A DNA stretch of 64,000 nt, taken from positions 54,426,341 through 54,490,340 of the forward strand of contig JARDVH010000106.1 of assembly GCA_030324005.1 (NCBI GenBank). The letters are read 5' to 3'. Made by a program: the position numbers and the translations under genes. Position 1 is the stretch's first letter. Every line of letters begins with the position of its first letter. The stretch comes from Negaprion brevirostris (Eukaryota). The notes beneath the pieces are model-generated. The model did no database searches and was not told where the DNA came from. It was given only the letters and a program-made list of their open reading frames with translations. Below are positions 1 through 13,429 of the stretch, one piece after another.

Positions 1-258
1 ACTGGTAGTAATCTTCCAAGAATCCTTAATGCTGGAAAAGTCCCAGAGGATTAGGAAACTCCCAATGTAACAGGGAGAGAGACAAAAAGGGTATCTATAG
101 GCCAGCTAGCTTAATATCTGTCATTGGGAAAATATTAGAGTCCGCTATAAAGGACGTAATAGCAGAACATTTAGTAATACATAATATAATCAAACAGAGT
201 AAGTTCAGCTTCATGAAGGGAAAATCATGCATAACAAATTTATTAGAATTCTTTGAGG
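1..258 (+). mobile_element. CR1-type LINE ORF2 fragment
   Basis: Degenerate YRPxSL and GKSCxTNLLEFFE motifs. Confidence 0.8.
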
Positions 259-884
259 CCTGTTGGTTTGTTCAGTGTAGAAAAAGTAGGAAAACAGTTA
301 GAATCATAAGTAGGATTTATGAGGAATTACATTGGTGATATAGTGCATGCTTTGTCAGAATTATCGTCTCTCAAAATGGCAGGCAGAAAATGTGTACACT
401 CACCTGCTGGAAGTGTGCTGCTTGCCATGTTGAGTGAGGACAAACATAAGCCATACTGTCCCTTTAGTCCATTTGCACGAGTCCTATCACATTCTTCAGT
501 TGTCTGCTACAACATTGGTTTCTAACACTGTAAACAGGGATAAGGGCACCCAAAATGCACACCTGAATTTAATTCCCAAAACACGTAATTTGCTATATTA
601 AACAATGAGCTAGGAGATGTCAGATTGTCCATAAGCCTAATCCACTTGTTTGCTATGTTTCAGAGGCTAGAAAACTATACATTATAAACATGATCATTTG
701 TCATCACACATCCTGACTTCTGGTGTGGTAGCCAGATTTAATTTATAAATTTCATTGTATAGAAAGTGACACATTGGGAGGCAGTGTCTGAGGCAACCCA
801 GCAGGTCACCAGCACCAAAGTCAAATGTCAGTTTTTTTTCAATGTCCTATGGTATGTGTTAAGGCACAGAGTAAAGATTGATAG

Positions 885-1590
885 TAACAATAAAAAGAAC
901 AAAGAACAACAAACAGTACAGCACAGGAACAGGCCCTTACCCAAACCAAACTTGCGCTGTCACATGATGCCTTTCTAAACTAAAGACCTTTCACTTTCAC
1001 AAGGTCCATATCCCTCTATTTCTTGCCTATTCCTATATCTGTCAAGATGCCTCTTAAACATTCCTATTGAATCTGCTTCTAACACCTCCTCTGGCATTTC
1101 ATTCCAAGTGCTTAACACCCTCTATGTAAAAAAAACTTGCCTCACTCATCTCCTTTAAACTTTCTCCCTTTTACCTTAAACCTAGTAATTGACACTAATA
1201 CTCTGACTATTCATTCTATCCAAGCCTCTCATAATTTTGTAAACTTCTAAGAGGTCACCGATGTCCAAGTGAAACCAAATCAGGTTTATCCAATCCCTCC
1301 TCATAGTTTATACCCTCTAAACCAGGCAACCTCCTGGTAAACCTTTTCTGTACCCTCTCCAAAGTCTTCACATCCTTTTGGTAATCTGGCAGCTAGAACT
1401 GCACACAAAATTCCAAATGTGGCTAACTAAAATTCTGTACAGCTGCATCATGATTTGCCAATTTATATTCTCTATACACTGACTAATGCCAGTGAAGGCA
1501 AGCATGCCATATGCTTTCTTGACCACCTTATCCACTTGTGTTGCCACTTTCAGGGAACAGTGGATCTGTACACCTAGATCCCTCTGTATG
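885..1590 (-). mobile_element. CR1-type LINE 3' fragment
   Basis: Reverse-oriented 3' tail (cagcacaggaacaggccct) followed by CR1 ORF2-like sequence shared with other copies in the window. Confidence 0.75.
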
Positions 1591-3056
1591 TTGCCATTTG
1601 ACTTGCAGCCAGTAACACCAGCAGAGCCTATAGAAAACTTCCTTCAAAAATGCCTTCCTACTAAAAAATAGTATGTTCCTTAAAGTATGATTGAAGAGCA
1701 GTAATGGGCTTAGATACAGAGAAAGTTATATCTGGAGACAGTAGTTTGATTTATGGCATAATCCTCCAGTCAGTCACCGGGCTCGACTACAAGCTACTGT
1801 AGACCATTTGTTCACTGCCATTTCATTTGACAGCACATAGATGTGATCTATTGGCATTTAAAATTCAAAAGTATTCTGTGCAAGTGACTAAACACTTTTA
1901 AATTATCCTCTGTATTCAAATCTATTACTTAAAATAATGTGCATGATATTTGATTTCATTTAGCACCAAGATCACATTGTTAATTAAAGTGAAGATCTTA
2001 CTTCGATGTCAGTGTGTCTCACCAGAAATGTGCGTATCTCCTGTGATGACAGGTTGGCCTGGGAACGAGTGTCACTGGATTTTTTTGTCACAGTTTGCTG
2101 ATGTTATGACAGAAACAAGTTTTTTTTTGCTGATTAGTGCATCTAATTAAACAGTGGCACTGTGGCACCCTCCCTGTAAAGCAAACCTTGAACCAAGATT
2201 TTTCTCATTTGACAGACCGTTATGTGAAGCTAAATTTAGTTTAATATGATAGAGTGTATGTAGGATTAAAAGTGTACTCCCATGATGTATTACAAGGCAT
2301 TATTGCAAGAAGTCAATCTAATTGTGGCCTTATTTGTGTTCTCCAAATACGTTAAAGATAGAGACGATTTTTGACTTGGTTTTAATTATTAATGGAAATA
2401 AGTTTTCCAGTAACTTAATTAACTCAGACAGGTGGATTAGTTCCATTTAGTAGAATTGATTAATTTGTTATCCCTAATCTTGCAACACCTAGATTCCAAC
2501 CTTATTAAAGACAGCGCTCTGTAACTGTGTTGCCAATGAAACTATGAAAATATTAATTCAAATTCGTATCATCCCTTATATACAGTCCGATACACTTGAA
2601 GAAAAAAATCAATGATTAAGTGTGATTATATGAAAAATAGTGGACAGATCATTGTCTCATTTCATATTTGGTCATTACAAGTGTTGTTCATTAGCTGCAG
2701 CTTGCAAAACTGTAGTGCAAACTGCTTTTTTAATTTGGATGGAAAGAAGTATGCAATGCTGAGTCCTCACCATTAGCTGAAATACTGCATGGAGATAGCT
2801 GCTTACATGTGTTTTTTTTTAAAGCCAATCTCAGTCACAAAATAAGTAACATTCAAACAATAAAAAAGTCAGAATATTTCACACAACGTTGTTTATGATA
2901 TTCAATGTAACACCCCATTCCAATCAACAAATCTAGTCATTGCACATTGAAATTAACTATTCTGATGCATACAATACTTTTGTTTCTCTGTATTAAAACA
3001 AAATTGCTGAACAGATCTGATTGATTCTTTTGTTGTTCCACATCGTTATTACTTGA

Positions 3057-3314
<258 letters not shown>

Positions 3315-3714
3315 TAAGGTAGACAGTGTGATTGTGGGAGGGCAGGCTAAGGGAATAAGAAATATTACCTCAATAATTAAAATTGATTTTCTTCCATAAA
3401 CTATGTTCCCAATATAATTGATAAAGGTGATTTCCTCACTCTGTTAGTTCATACATCNNNNNNNNNNNNNNNNNNNNNNNNNNNNNNNNNNNNNNNNNNN
3501 NNNNNNNNNNNNNNNNNNNNNNNNNNNNNNNNNNNNNNNNNNNNNNNNNNNNNNNNNCTGTTAGTTCATACATCAATGCACAAAATGTTTGAGATTCAGC
3601 TCTTTTTGCTATTAGCTATTACCTAAGTAATATGTCAAGATGTTGTAGTTAGAGAAGCACAGCATGCACATGATAAATGTGACACATTTTACCATTTTGA
3701 TTCTAAGTGCTGAA

Positions 3715-4104
3715 TCTGGACACAATTCAGACCTGGAAACCTATTCCCAGGTGTCCCCATATGCACTTAGCCTGAAAAAAAAATCGTGAGTCTGAATTGC
3801 ACTGCGGACAGGGCTTACCGCGCCTGAAACGCTACTGTTCCGAACGGAGCCTTCAACTGCGCGTGCACAGTAAAAAAAATTTGAAAAACGCTCCCATCAC
3901 ATTGCTTCCGGGCCGCATAAAGCCCCACACCCACAACATAACTGTCCCCCTTTACCTCCCACGCCCACCCCGCTACCCAGACTGATCACAACCCCCTGCC
4001 TGCTTTCCCCTCCACCAATCACCCGCAGAGTGGCAGCAGACACCCCCGCTCCTGCCCACCCATCAGAGAATGAAAGGGCCTCCCTCCCTCCTCCTTCATA
4101 CCAG
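3715..4104. mobile_element. GC/CpG-rich interspersed repeat, probably a non-autonomous DNA transposon, truncated by a gap
   Basis: Abrupt compositional shift and C-rich tract like those in other Harbinger-type elements here. Confidence 0.4.
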
Positions 4105-5009
4105 NNNNNNNNNNNNNNNNNNNNNNNNNNNNNNNNNNNNNNNNNNNNNNNNNNNNNNNNNNNNNNNNNNNNNNNNNNNNNNNNNNNNNNNNNNNNNNNN
4201 NNNNNNNNNNNNNNNNNNNNNNNNNNNNNNNNNNNNNNNNNNNNNNNNNNNNNNNNNNNNNNNNNNNNNNNNNNNNNNNNNNNNNNNNNNNNNNNNNNNN
4301 NNNNNNNNNNNNNNNNNNNNNNNNNNNNNNNNNNNNNNNNNNNNNNNNNNNNNNNNNNNNNNNNNNNNNNNNNNNNNNNNNNNNNNNNNNNNNNNNNNNN
4401 NNNNNNNNNNNNNNNNNNNNNNNNNNNNNNNNNNNNNNNNNNNNNNNNNNNNCTAGTGAACAACAATCATGATTTTTTTTGGAATGATTATGCTGAGATT
4501 TACACTCAGCAATCAGAATAGTTTGATGTCAGAGTTTAGCCAACACCATTCTGTGCTTTATTTGAGTAGTCATCTAGACTAGCAAGATTTATTGCAAAAT
4601 AGTGTGGAAGTTGATGTCACCATAACTAGGCTGCAGTTTTAATCATCAAGTCAACATTTCAGCAGGTCATACCTGGTTTAGCTGGTGTACCCACGTAAAC
4701 ATTGTCAAAATATGGATATTAGTTTGTTATGCCGACAGAACTGAAGCAGAAGCAGTGCTTCAATGCTGGATACATGCCCATTGCCTCACTGCTGTCAGCT
4801 TAGTGAGATAGAATATCTGCGCCGGTCAGCTACTGCTCATATATAATGCTGATTTTGCTGATATCCTATTAAATATCATTACACAAATGTAAAAGATGCA
4901 ATGTTTTAATCCTGTTGTGCTAAACCGAAAAAAAAAGTTTTTGCTGCCAAAACATCATTTGAAAGGCCTGATGCAAAGCTAAGTTAACTTTATGTTTTTC
5001 TTTTTTTTC

Positions 5010-5340
5010 TTGACTCTTTCATGGGATGTGGACATTGCTGGCAAAGCCAACATTTGTTGTCCATCCCTAATTGCCGTTGAACTGAACACCTCAGAGGATA
5101 GTTAAGTGTCAACCACAGTGCTGTGGGTCTGAAATTCTACGTACAGCAGACTGGGTAAAGATGGTAGATCACTCCCACTCAAAAAAAACAGACAGATTTT
5201 TATAACTTTTGATGATGGCTCCAGGTTTATTAATTGAATTTAAATGCAACCTGCTGCTGTGGTGGAATTTGACCCCAGAGCATTAGCCTGGGATTCTGGA
5301 TTACTAGCCCAGTGATATTATCACTATGCCAACATCTTCC
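5010..5340 (-). mobile_element. LINE 3' fragment
   Basis: Resembles 15985-16070 (..gacaaagccagcattt..gtcc..ttgaac..); typical elasmobranch LINE tail. Confidence 0.55.
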
Positions 5341-5799
5341 CTTATGAGTATGTTTGTTCCACTGGAGCGTATGCACATTCCACATCTTTTTAAAGAATGT
5401 CACNNNNNNNNNNNNNNNNNNNNNNNNNNNNNNNNNNNNNNNNNNNNNNNNNNNNNNNNNNNNNNNNNNNNNNNNNNNNNNNNNNNNNNNNNNNNNNNNN
5501 NNNCAAACTCAATCGGTGTTGTCATTGGCTCAAGGAGGAACTAAAACATCTATACAGGGCATTTTGAAAGAGAACCTTGTCTCTGGTGTAATGGATCCGA
5601 AGTGAAAATCAAACGAAAATGGATATACGATAAGTCAGTTTGAAAATCACACTTCACAGTTACCTGGGGAGTTCAGTGGTTTGTGTTCTGTACTCCTCTT
5701 TTGAGTTGATTTGGTTTTATATATTATTGCCACATGTGCTAACATACAGTGAAAAGAATTGGTTCTTGTGCGCTGTTGAGACAAAGCATACTGTTTATA

Positions 5800-6035
5800 G
5801 AGAAGGAAAAGGGAGAGTGAAGAATGTGGTATTACAGTCACAGAGTGTAGAGAAAAGTCGATTTGATGCACGGTAGGTCTATTCAAAAGTCTGATGGCAG
5901 CAAGGAAGAAGCTGTTCTTGAATCGGCTGATGCAAGATCTCAGATTTTTGGATCTTTTATTCCCGACGGAGGAATGTGGAAGAGAGAAAGTCCGGGATTC
6001 ACAGGCCCTTCATCATCCTGGCTGCTTTGCTGTCA
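5800..6035 (-). mobile_element. Non-LTR retrotransposon 3' fragment (Rex1/RTE-like)
   Basis: Antisense strand reads like a LINE ORF2 C-terminus (RFKNSFF..AIRLLN-like). Confidence 0.5.
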
Positions 6036-8320
6036 GCATTGATGTTCTGTTTCAATTGCCGCTCTATTTGTGCTCAGCAAAGGATTAAACATAATCTGAT
6101 TTTCTCTCATATTGAAAGTAAATCTGTTAGAATCAGCTGAATGAGGTTTGCTAGTTTATTTCAGCGCTGAAAATGTCACATATGTGACAGTTCAAGAACA
6201 AACACAGAAAGAGAAGGACAGTGAGAGGTTGCAAACTGCTGATGATAGAAGGTAAAATCTGGTAAAAAGCCAGCTTTAGTCATTTACATTTCCACTAAGT
6301 TATGAAACTTTTACCTCACAGTGCAATGCAAATCATTTGGAAATATTTATTTCCAGTTTCAAACCATCAGAGGCAAAGTGATAACTTTAGTGCAGTGTCC
6401 GTTGTATGTCGTCATTACCTCAACATACCATTGGTGTTGAACAAGAAGGTGCCGTTTTGCAGGAAAATCTTGTATATGGCAAAAGAGGCCTGGCGTGAAA
6501 ATTAAAATAACAAAAGAACTTGGTTAAATCTAATTGCAAAGCAAGTTGTAACTACAGGTCAGGAAATGAACTTATTCCTCAGATCAAAACTTCGAGGCGA
6601 ATATCAGTCATTTCCTTTTTGAACACATAAAACTTAGACTCGCCTCATATATTGTCCTTTCAGAAATGAAGATCCTGAACGAATTCAACAGGATACTTTC
6701 TTGTCATTTCTGGCAGGATATGGGGAAGACGAGGTGATTAACCACCGTGTAACTGGCGCTCGGACTTCATTGCAGCTCATTGTGTTCCTGACTGGATGTG
6801 ATTTGTGTTTGTCACACAGTTCGTGATTATCTGATCCAGTGAAGGAGTGGGCTCAAGCCATCTATGGCCTATCCCAGTTCTGTTTGTTTCTAATGAATTT
6901 CAGGGGAAAAAAAAGTATCAATAAATAACTTGAGTGTGATGTGTTTTAATGTGGTGGCCGAGCACTCTAAGATGCAGTGTTAAGATTCCGCAGAAGTGGC
7001 GATGCAAAACCCACCGCTGCCAAAATGCATCTCAATTTTGTCCTTCCCGTTGAAGTCCAACAATTCAGATTGACTAAAGGAGCGTTCACGGTGTTGTATT
7101 TTTTTTTCAGAAATAATGAGGGGTAACAGTGGAGATGTAGTCAGTTGTTGGTGTGAAGAATCTTATGTGGAATGGCTGGGGTTGACACGGTAGAGATCAC
7201 ACACAGGAACACAGGTGGAACAACAGGCTTGCAGACATTGAGTCTGTATTTCCGGCCAAGGAATTAAGGTGGTGGATTGGGATTTTCTAACAGAAGTACA
7301 AAGCCTGGCATGTATGTTTCCCATCACTCCTCATTGCAACTGTGGTTTTACTGAAATTTATTTGAAATGAAATAATGAATAAAGAGATAACTAACTCTCT
7401 CTGTTCAGCTTCCCCGNNNNNNNNNNATTTTGTTTAATTTTTCATTTAATGAAAACCTGCCCCACACCTTCTGTGAAGGGAGAAACAAGGTTAATCTTCA
7501 GGTGGATGAATTTATAAGAGAGCTGGAAATGTCAAAGATGTAAAACTCTGAAGAAGAGTCACATGAAACGCGTGTCAAATAATGCCACTTTCAAGTTGCA
7601 CCTTCTAGCTTTCTGCTCCCCACCTCAGATATCTCCACATCCGTCAAACGTCTCCTACCGAAAAACCCAGCATGCTCCTCACTCAATTGATAATGATACA
7701 CTTACTCCAGACTATGCACAACAATTGTAATTTTGCTGAATAGCAGCAGTGTAATATTTGCAATAATTCTGCTTCTGGCATTCTCATGTATCAACTGATG
7801 GATAAACATTATTTCCACAAAGTCCACTAAATTCACACTTATAAGCAGATTGTTATTTTTTAATTATAAAATGACATTAATTAATGCATGGAAATATGTA
7901 CAACATTGTTTAACTTTATTCTTAAGGGAGTGGGTATGGCCATTTCTTTTCCATTCTTGCATTTTTATATCTGTTTTCAGTTTGCCCAGCTCATTGACAA
8001 ACAAAATGGCATGTCTCATGGCCTTTTCCCAGGACGTTGCCCAATATCCCCAGAACTGGCTGCCAGGTGATGCCATTGATGACTTTTACCATCCCAGACC
8101 CCCTCCCCAACCCAGTATTTTTCCCCTTCTGTCTCAGCGTTACCTGTTGCACAGCTCAACCTTGTTTAACAGTGTCTGAATTGGGAATGCAAATTTGCAT
8201 CCATTCCCACTCTGTGACACTGAACAATAATTTGATGATGCTCAGTCCCAGTAGCGACCCAATCTGAACACATAAATAAGGGCCTAATGTGGCAACAAAT
8301 ACAGTAAGACCCAAACAATA

Positions 8321-8925
8321 GGCAGGACTTTTCCTATGGACACCTGAACCTCACTGTCAGGCTCAACTGGTGTTTCAGAAACGTTCACTGTGTGGGGAAT
8401 AGTTACTCATGTGACTTTGGTCAAAGCAGCCAATTAGTGATCGTAGGTCAGATCTGCTGTCCAATTAAGGAGGGACTTTCAAAGTTAGAGGGACAATCGG
8501 AATCATTTGTCTCCAGCTTGAAAGCAATAGCAGGCAGTAAAGGCAGGTAAGCAAGAGAGGCAGTGCTTTAAACTGGAAGCACCTCTCCCCAATTTTTCCT
8601 GAATTAATTTTTGTTTAAATGCTTCTTGCAGCTAGACCAATGCCAAGTCATGGGTAACCCCTCCACAGGTTAGCCTAAGGCTGCTGCTGCAAGAGATGAG
8701 GCAGGGAGGTCCTCTAACCCTACCTTGAGCAATAGTTCATTTGTCTGCCTGGGGAGAATGGCTCAAAGCAGCTAAGACTGCTCTTGTTACCTCTGAGAAC
8801 TTGGAGGCTGACTAGAAAATCTCAGTCAGCCTTCATTAATAGACCTTAATGTATGCTTAATTGGTCAACTGGCTCCTCTTCACATGCAGGCAGGTAATCA
8901 TGCAGTTCCCAACCCACCCATTATA
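8321..8925. mobile_element. Decayed Harbinger-type non-autonomous element
   Basis: Starts ggcaggactttt; 8815-8910 is similar to 20625-20730. Confidence 0.5.
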
Positions 8926-9209
8926 CAAAAATAATTGTTTTGTTGAAAGCTGAAGAAGTTTTCTTTAACCATTCTTCTTACATCAGTTTCATAAAATGTA
9001 AAATAATTGAAATAATTTCTGATGTTCATGCTGAATTCGCTGAGGGAAGATTAACTTTCTTTCAATTCAGTTTGATACATTAACATCCTTGACTACCACA
9101 CTCTGTTATGTCTTATGTTTTCTCTTGGAATAAAATGTACCTTTGAAGGGTACAGCACATTATTTTACAAATGCAAAGTTTTCCACAGATGCAAATCGTT
9201 CTATTCTTC

Positions 9210-9460
9210 CCCTTCTGGCCTGAACGTAGTGACTCACACATTGGACAACTTGGCCGTGGAGAATATCACAGCTGAGCCAAATCTTGTCGTCATCTAATGT
9301 CAATTTACATATATACACTGTAACTAATGGGAATCCTGACTCTTCAGTTACTTGGTGCTATGAATGCTGAGGCATTTGCAAGGCTCCCATCACTGTCCTT
9401 GATGAAATCAGCTCACTTTGCATGGACCAAGGTTTAAACCTGGAAGCAGCCTGGTCTACA
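9210..9460 (-). mobile_element. Old tRNA-derived SINE; same family as 24520-24800 in opposite orientation
   Basis: B-box-like ccaggtttaaacc head on the minus strand and body similarity between the two copies. Confidence 0.45.
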
Positions 9461-9689
9461 ACTTCATCTACATATTGCACTTATGAACCAATTCAAGTTT
9501 TCATTGCCTTTGTGGTGCATTTGAAGCAATTTGCTTGTCTGGTCGTAACTTCTAGAATTAGACATTTGTTGTTTAAAGCTTCACCATAAGGGTTTGAGCA
9601 TTACATTTGAAGGGTTCTTTGGGAGTGCATTTTGTCTTTTTGATTAAACATTAAACCAAGATTCCAGCCACCCATTGAAGTGGATATGG

Positions 9690-9945
9690 AAAATTTCAGA
9701 GTACTGTTCAAAAGAGCAAAAGATTTACCCTGGCAAATATTTATCCATCAATTCAGCTCCTAAAATAAAATTAATTAATCTCTTACCTTATTGCTATTAA
9801 TGAAGCTTTGCTGTATACAAATTGGCTCTGGTATTTGCCCAAAAACCAAGTGACTACAATTCAAAAGCAGTCAGTTCGATCTGAAGCACTGTGGAATATT
9901 CAGAGGATGTGAAGAATGTGATATATGTCCATGTTCTATTTATTT
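9690..9945 (+). mobile_element. Deu-domain (SacSINE1/AmnSINE-like) SINE remnant
   Basis: ..aatatttatcc..caaattggct..gtgactaca.ttcaaaag.. core, shared with 44490-44740. Confidence 0.6.
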
Positions 9946-10052
9946 TATGTTGACTAACAAGAAAAACCAGATGGAACTTAATAGTAAACTCATTCAGAAC
10001 ATCAGTGGGCACAAGTTGTAAAACTGCCTTCTTGATAGCCAGCTCACCTAAT

Positions 10053-10186
10053 AGAAAAATAAAAGCAAATTATTGCAGATGCTGACGTCTGAAACCAAAA
10101 GAGAAAACGCTGGAAAATCTCAGTAGGTCTGGCAGCATCTGTAAGGAGAGAAAAGAGCTGACATTTCGAGTCAGATGACCCTTTGA
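10053..10186. repeat. About 130-bp dispersed repeat, probably a Penelope-like terminal repeat; other copies near 11577-11700, 19890-19990, 37872-38010 (inverted), decayed at 7440-7570 and 22580-22645
   Basis: Shared gctggaaaatctcagcaggtctggcagcatctgtaaggagagaaaagagctgacgtttcgagtc sequence. Confidence 0.7.
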
Positions 10187-10309
10187 GTGGTACAGGAATC
10201 AAAACGCCAAGTGAACAGAAAACAGAAGTAATAATTTGCAAAAATATGGGGCATTGCACACAAGAAAATAATTTAGCACTTTGATGAAATCCATAAACCT
10301 GAGTCACAC

Positions 10310-11000
10310 AATTGTTACAGTACAGAAGGGGACCATTTGGACCATCATGTCTGCATCAGCTCTCTAAATGAGCAAATTACTGACTGACATTCTTCTACAT
10401 TCTCCTCTTAACCCTGCATATTCTTTCTTTTCAGATAACTGTCTAAATCACTTTTGAATGCTTTGATTGAACTTTGTGCTCTCAGACAGAGCATTACCGC
10501 AAACCACTCACTGTCTGAAACTTTTCCTCAAATTGCTTTTGCTTTTGCCAATTAGTTTAAATCTGTGCCCACTTGTTCTCAATCCTTTTGAAGTAGAAGC
10601 AATTTCTCCTTGTCTACTTTNNNNNNNNNNNNNNNNNNNNNNNNNNNNNNNNNNNNNNNNNNNNNNNNNNNNNNNNNNNNNNNNNNNAATTTCTCCAATT
10701 TGTCTTCATAACTGAAATTCCTCATCCCTGGTAGCAAGCTGGTGAATCTTTTCTACACTTTCTCTAATGTCTTCAAATCCTTCCTGAAATGCTGTACCTA
10801 GAATGGTACACAATCCTCCAGGAGAGGCCAAATTACTGTTTTATATAGATTCCACATAGACTCCTTGCTCTTGCATAAGCATCTATTAATAAAACCTAGA
10901 ATCTTGAATGCTTTGTTAACCACTATCTCAATCTGTCCAGCCACCTTAATTATGCACATATACAATGAGGTCCCTCTATTCCTCCATCCCCTTTGGATTT
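10310..11000 (-). mobile_element. CR1-type LINE 3' fragment
   Basis: Minus ORF reads KAFKILGFINR...LYKTVIWPLLEDCV (CR1 ORF2 C-terminus). Confidence 0.8.
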
Positions 11001-11410
11001 GCACTCTTTATATTATCTCTACATGGTTTCCCTACTTGTCATATCTTTAAGAGGAAGTCACATGATTTGATGGTGATGTTACTGGGGTATTTCAGAGGCT
11101 CCTGCTTTTAGTTTCAGTTTCTGTTCTGTGCAGTGCAGAGGACATCTTTCAGTAAACCTTGTTGTGTTAGTTTGAATCTATTTGTGCAAACCACATCTTT
11201 TTCTTTATGTTTAAAACCCACAACNNNNNNNNNNNNNNNNNNNNNNNNNNNNNNNNNNNNNNNNNNNNNNNNNNNNNNNNNNNNNNNNNNNNNNNNNNNN
11301 NNNNNNNNNNNNNNNNNNNNNNNNNNNNNNNNNNNNNNNNNNNNNCCTAGACCATTAATAAAAATCAGGAAAAGTTACACAGACTCCAAGCTTCCTCCAG
11401 GCTGTCCATA

Positions 11411-11571
11411 CCGGCGGAATTCTCTAGTCCAGTTTTCCTGGCAATGTGGGATTGGTTCAATGGGATTTTCCATTGACAGCAAGCGAGACTAAAGGATCCT
11501 GCCGCCAGCAAACTGCGCACCACTTCCCACCACGGAGAAAACTGCTGAGGAGAGGCCAGAGAATCTCATCC
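11411..11571. mobile_element. MITE-like element with imperfect terminal inverted repeats
   Basis: ggcggaattctctagtcc ... ggccagagaatctcatcc. Confidence 0.5.
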
Positions 11572-11709
11572 AATCTAAAAGCAAAATACTCCAGATATGG
11601 GAAATCTGAAATAAAAACAGAAAATGCTGAATAAATTCAGCAGGTCTGACCACATCTGTAGAGAGAAACAGAGTGAATGTTTTGGACCGACATCACCTTT
11701 TACAGCACC

Positions 11710-11990
11710 TCTACTGTCTGTTTCTGTCACTCAGCCAATTCCACATTCACATTCCCTTTTATTCCACTAGCTATAACTTTGCTCACTGTTTTATTGTGTG
11801 GCATTATATCAAACGTCTGTTGGAAGTCCAGGTTCACTACATCAACAGCCTTGCCCTCATCAACCCTCTCTGTTACCTTTTCAAAAAACTGCAGCAAGTT
11901 AATTAAATATGATTTTCCCTTAGGAAATTCACACTGGCTTTCCTTAATTAACCCACATTTGTCCATGTGAGAATTAATTTTGTCCTGATC
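11710..11990 (-). mobile_element. CR1-type LINE RT fragment
   Basis: GKSYLINLLQFFEKVTERVDEGKAVDVVNLDFQQTFD. Confidence 0.85.
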
Positions 11991-13082
11991 TATCATTCCA
12001 TGTTTTAGACTCCTGTTTCCCTACTCTGTTGGAGTTGCAGAATTTCATATTTTTAATTGGTTCCTATCAGTTGATTGACAGATAGGTGTGCATGAACTAT
12101 AGTTTACCTTAAGTGTTTTAGGTAGAAGGGAAAGAATGGTGATCAGTTTTCTGCTGACTACTGTAGTTTAAGGGGTTAATTCTAGTGGTATGATATGCAA
12201 ATGAAACACAGTGTACATCCTCACAGGAAGTGATGCAGTATCTCATGCTCTTGCTCCCCTTTGTTGAACCTCAGGGCAAGATGAGGCCCCAGTAAGTTGT
12301 TTCTTCATAAAGTTAGTGTTTTCCTTATCTTAGCAGAATCTGTAAATATTCTGCATTAGCACAAGACCAGCACTATTATATGGTGGCAGTGAGTGAAAGT
12401 ACAAACTTAGAAAAATTTCTGCCATTATCAGAATGCTTTGCAACATCATAGGTTTTAACCATGCAGAAGCATGGTTGAATTGGCACTGAGGATTTTCCAG
12501 ATATGGCACCGCATTGGGCCTCACTGTGAAGGAAGGCAGTGAGGAGGTCAGCATGGTATAATGTGCGATGGGTGGATGTGCAGACGATATCCTATTCAGG
12601 CAAGGGATTGAAAAAGAAAAAGCTGTCCATAAAGTAATAGCAGGTGCTTGATGCCCACTTGAGAAGCAAACACCATTGTTGAGCATTTTAAATTTAACAT
12701 ACATACCTGATGACAAGAACAGTGTATTGACGCATTTACCAATGACCTATATGGACTTTCTGTGGATGTAGCAGCTTAAAAGATGAACTAATCAGGGACG
12801 GAATTGTTATAGGAGTCTTAGATGAAGCATTGACTGACCACTTGCAGTTGATAGATGATTTAATCTTAACAATGGCAATTTAACTGAGCAGACAGGCTCA
12901 GATCAGGAAATAAAATTGATTGGTGATTCAAGGTGACAGGGAGAATCATATTCCAAAAATGACTGACTCAGTGGAGTATATTAAATTTAAAAGCAGGGAG
13001 GTGGTCAGTCAAAACTAGCGGAGGAAAGGACAGCACCCATCAACTACTCCAGCTAACTATAAGTGGTACCTATAAAATATCT

Positions 13083-13378
13083 ATAGAATCTCTACAGTGC
13101 AGGAGGTCTGCACCGACAATACTCCCACCCAGGCCCCATCCTTGTAATCCCACATATTTATCCTGTTAATCCCTCTGACACTAAGGGTCAATTTAGCATG
13201 ACCAATCAACCTAACTTGCACATCTTTGGACTGTGGCAGGAAACCGGAGCACCCAGAGGAAACCCACGCAGACACGGGGAGAACGTGCAGTCTCCACACA
13301 AACAGTGACCCAAGCCGGGGATTGAACCTGGCTCTCTGGCACTGTTAGGCAGCAGTGCCACTGTGCCACCATGCTGCC
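13083..13378 (-). mobile_element. HE1/V-SINE
   Basis: tRNA-like A/B boxes, V-domain core (cacgttctccccgtgtctgcgtgggtttcctc) and CR1-like tail. Confidence 0.9.
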
Positions 13379-13429
13379 TAAAGGTTTAGTTTCAACACAT
13401 TACACTTCAGCATTATAAAACATAATCTG

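Noticed and set aside
3441-3574. 17-bp direct repeat ctgttagttcatacatc flanking a gap
   Set aside because: It flanks an exactly 100-N placeholder gap, so it is most likely contig overlap; a TSD of an unassembled insertion cannot be excluded.
3897-4521. Long ORFs made mostly of X (also about 35032-36039, 43277-44079 and others)
   Set aside because: Artefacts of translating N-gaps.
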